Positions 34,012-35,314 of a stretch of 35,314 nucleotides of DNA are shown one piece after another. The position numbers and the translations under genes are program-made. This DNA comes from Candidatus Latescibacterota bacterium (GTDB lineage Bacteria; Latescibacterota; 4484-107; B68-G9), in NCBI GenBank assembly GCA_012962735.1, contig DTXA01000513.1, forward strand, positions 1 to 35,314. The letters run 5' to 3'. Below the pieces are notes generated by a model. The model saw nothing but the letters and a program-made list of their open reading frames with translations, was not told the origin of the DNA and searched no databases. How positions within the stretch are numbered: position 1 is the stretch's first letter; each line of letters starts with the position of its first letter.

Positions 34012-34360
34012 CCCCTCCTTTCGGGACGAGGGCGGGGAGATCGACCAGCCACAGGACCCTCTCCTCCCTGTATGCCAGGGCCCATATCCATGGGAAGCGG
34101 AGCTTCGCCTCGATGAGAGTGGGGAGAGGGTAGATCTGGGCAGGGGATAGGGAGGTCACCCCATCCACCTCATCCACCACTACCAAGAATGGACTCTCCC
34201 CACCCACCACCAAAGCCTCCCCCGAAAAGCCACCGAACCCCAGCTCCTCCGCCAAGATCACCTTGGGGAGGGAAAAGTTCGGCTCCCGCAAGACTTCCTC
34301 CACCTCCCGGAGGTCTGCGGCAAAGGGAAACCCACTGGCCCAGAAGGTCAGTACCTCCAT
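33995..34360 (-). CDS. cheW: CheW-like coupling protein (short, 121 aa)
   Basis: The position is immediately upstream of cheA, overlapping it by 17 nt. The CheW-like pattern is (F.ASGFPFAADLREVEEV...LVVVDEVDGV...LWLVDL). Confidence 0.65.
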   Translation of the reverse strand: MEVLTFWASGFPFAADLREVEEVLREPNFSLPKVILAEELGFGGFSGEALVVGGESPFLVVVDEVDGVTSLSPAQIYPLPTLIEAKLRFPWIWALAYREERVLWLVDLPALVPKGGDADVP

Positions 34361-34429
34361 CTATATCTCCAAAATAAGGGATCCCCAAAAAGTACCTGAG
34401 CGAAGCGAAGAACTTTTTGGGGCTATATA
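34361..34429 (-). repeat. Stem-loop leader module, copy B (perfect 11-bp stem)
   Basis: Minus strand: TATATAGCCCCAAAAAGTTCTTCGCTTCGCTCAGGTACTTTTTGGGGATCCCTTATTTTGGAGATATAGATG. The arms at 34383-34393 and 34412-34422 are perfectly complementary, with an 18-nt loop. Confidence 0.75.
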
Positions 34430-34446
34430 ACTTGACAATGTCACAT

Positions 34447-35314
34447 TTAAGGTGGTGAGTGGGAATGGTGCTGAGCTTTCAGCCGACTCTTACGCGAGCG
34501 GGTGCGGCGCACCAGAAGCTCGATGACGTGAGCTTGGGCTTCCTCGGGCGAAAGCTTGGGCAAAGGCATCACCGCCTTCAGCAATGTACGCACATTAGCC
34601 ACCGACAGAGCCGGCAGTACCTCCACTTCGAACTGCGCCGCCAGTCTCGGGTCCCGGCTATAGCGCTGCACCCAACGCAGCTTTGTCTCGGCGATGAACC
34701 AAGTGGCCAGGATGGTCATGGCAAGATGGTGCATCCAGGCTGTATACTTCTGGGCTTGCAACTCATCCCAGCCTACCTCAGATTTGGCCTCCTGGTGAGC
34801 CCGCTCGCAAAAGTAGCGCTGACATTTCAGATAGGCCAACCGCTCCAGTGGGGTGTCCGCTGGGGCATTGCTCAAGGCATAGGTCATCCTCCCGTTGGAC
34901 TCTTTGCGCATCACCAGCCATTCTTCTGCCACTTCCCCTTCGTGCACCGTCCACACACGCCTGGCGGCAAACTCGTCCTCAAGCACTCCCCGCTCGGTGC
35001 TGCGCACACGGACACGTTGCCAACGGGTCTCCTTTTGGCTGGACAGGCTATGCACAGCCACCGCTGGGGTGCCAGATACCACCTGAGGGCGGATGGGATG
35101 ACGTCCCCTGTTGCCACGCCTGGGCGGCACCGCCAGGGTAGGAAGGCTCAGGTAGACCTGAGTGTCCCGGGGAACCTCGGCAATATAGACCACCCCAGCC
35201 TGTCGCAACTGATCCCGAAACCAGCCACTTTGCCCGTAGAGGGTATCACAGGCAACCGCCTCAAAGGGCAATACCCCTTGGGCCAAGATCTGCTGGATCA
35301 TCTGCCAGCCCAGC
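34447..35314 (-). mobile_element. IS701-family (DDE) transposase gene, C-terminal part; the 5' end lies beyond the window edge
   Basis: VACDTLYGQSGWFRDQLRQAGVVYIAEV and CERAHQEAKSEVGWDELQAQKYTAWMHHLAMTILATWFI match the IS701/ISRSO17-type DDE transposase C-terminus. The reading frame stays open to the window edge upstream of the listed Met. Confidence 0.75.

Noticed and set aside
1-35314. CRISPR arrays, tRNA/rRNA genes, prophage or known defence-system genes
   Set aside because: By eye I saw no tandem direct-repeat/spacer structure, no tRNA T-loop or cloverleaf candidates in intergenic regions, and no nuclease/helicase/methylase-type defence gene signatures. A computational scan (tRNAscan, Infernal, defence-system profile models) is still needed to exclude them.

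Overview
GC-rich, very gene-dense bacterial chromosome segment. The proteins are rich in charged residues, strong GGAGG-type ribosome-binding sites are common, and many start/stop codons overlap, which suggests a compact, possibly thermophilic genome. I support about 31 protein-coding genes plus two decayed gene relics. I recognised no rRNA, tRNA or CRISPR array by eye, and no recognisable defence system. Layout: (i) a plus-strand trio at 211-3128 (URO-D-like, class I glutamine amidotransferase, alanine dehydrogenase). (ii) A tightly packed 11-gene minus-strand array at 3519-14771: HAD phosphatase, small ORF, phosphomannomutase-like, OYE/FAD reductase, amidohydrolase, SDR, LarA-like (DUF2088), FGGY kinase, secreted protein, URO-D-like, NYN. 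(iii) A secreted DUF4139 protein. (iv) A plus-strand array flavin reductase-thrB-murD-rtcA, followed by a lipoprotein. (v) A 13-gene minus-strand run at 21166-34360: cheW, hybrid cheA, cheB, cheR-TPR, iolB, TIM-barrel isomerase, class V aminotransferase, DRG-like GTPase, sugar ABC binding protein and two permeases, orphan livM-like permease. (vi) A partial IS701-family transposase at the right edge. The most interesting points are these. First, a conserved stem-loop leader module is repeated directly upstream of three (perhaps four) minus-strand genes, and its substitution pattern preserves pairing only in the minus-strand RNA. Second, a complete-looking Che-type core has a two-HPt/REC hybrid CheA and a TPR-CheR but no receptor or output gene in view; it is 18 nt from metabolic genes and bordered by an IS. 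Third, an SDR / LarA-like / FGGY-kinase trio could be a non-canonical hexuronate-to-gluconate route. Fourth, a DRG-like GTPase has non-canonical G3/G4 motifs. All functional calls come from motif and family recognition by eye on the supplied translations. No database search was run.
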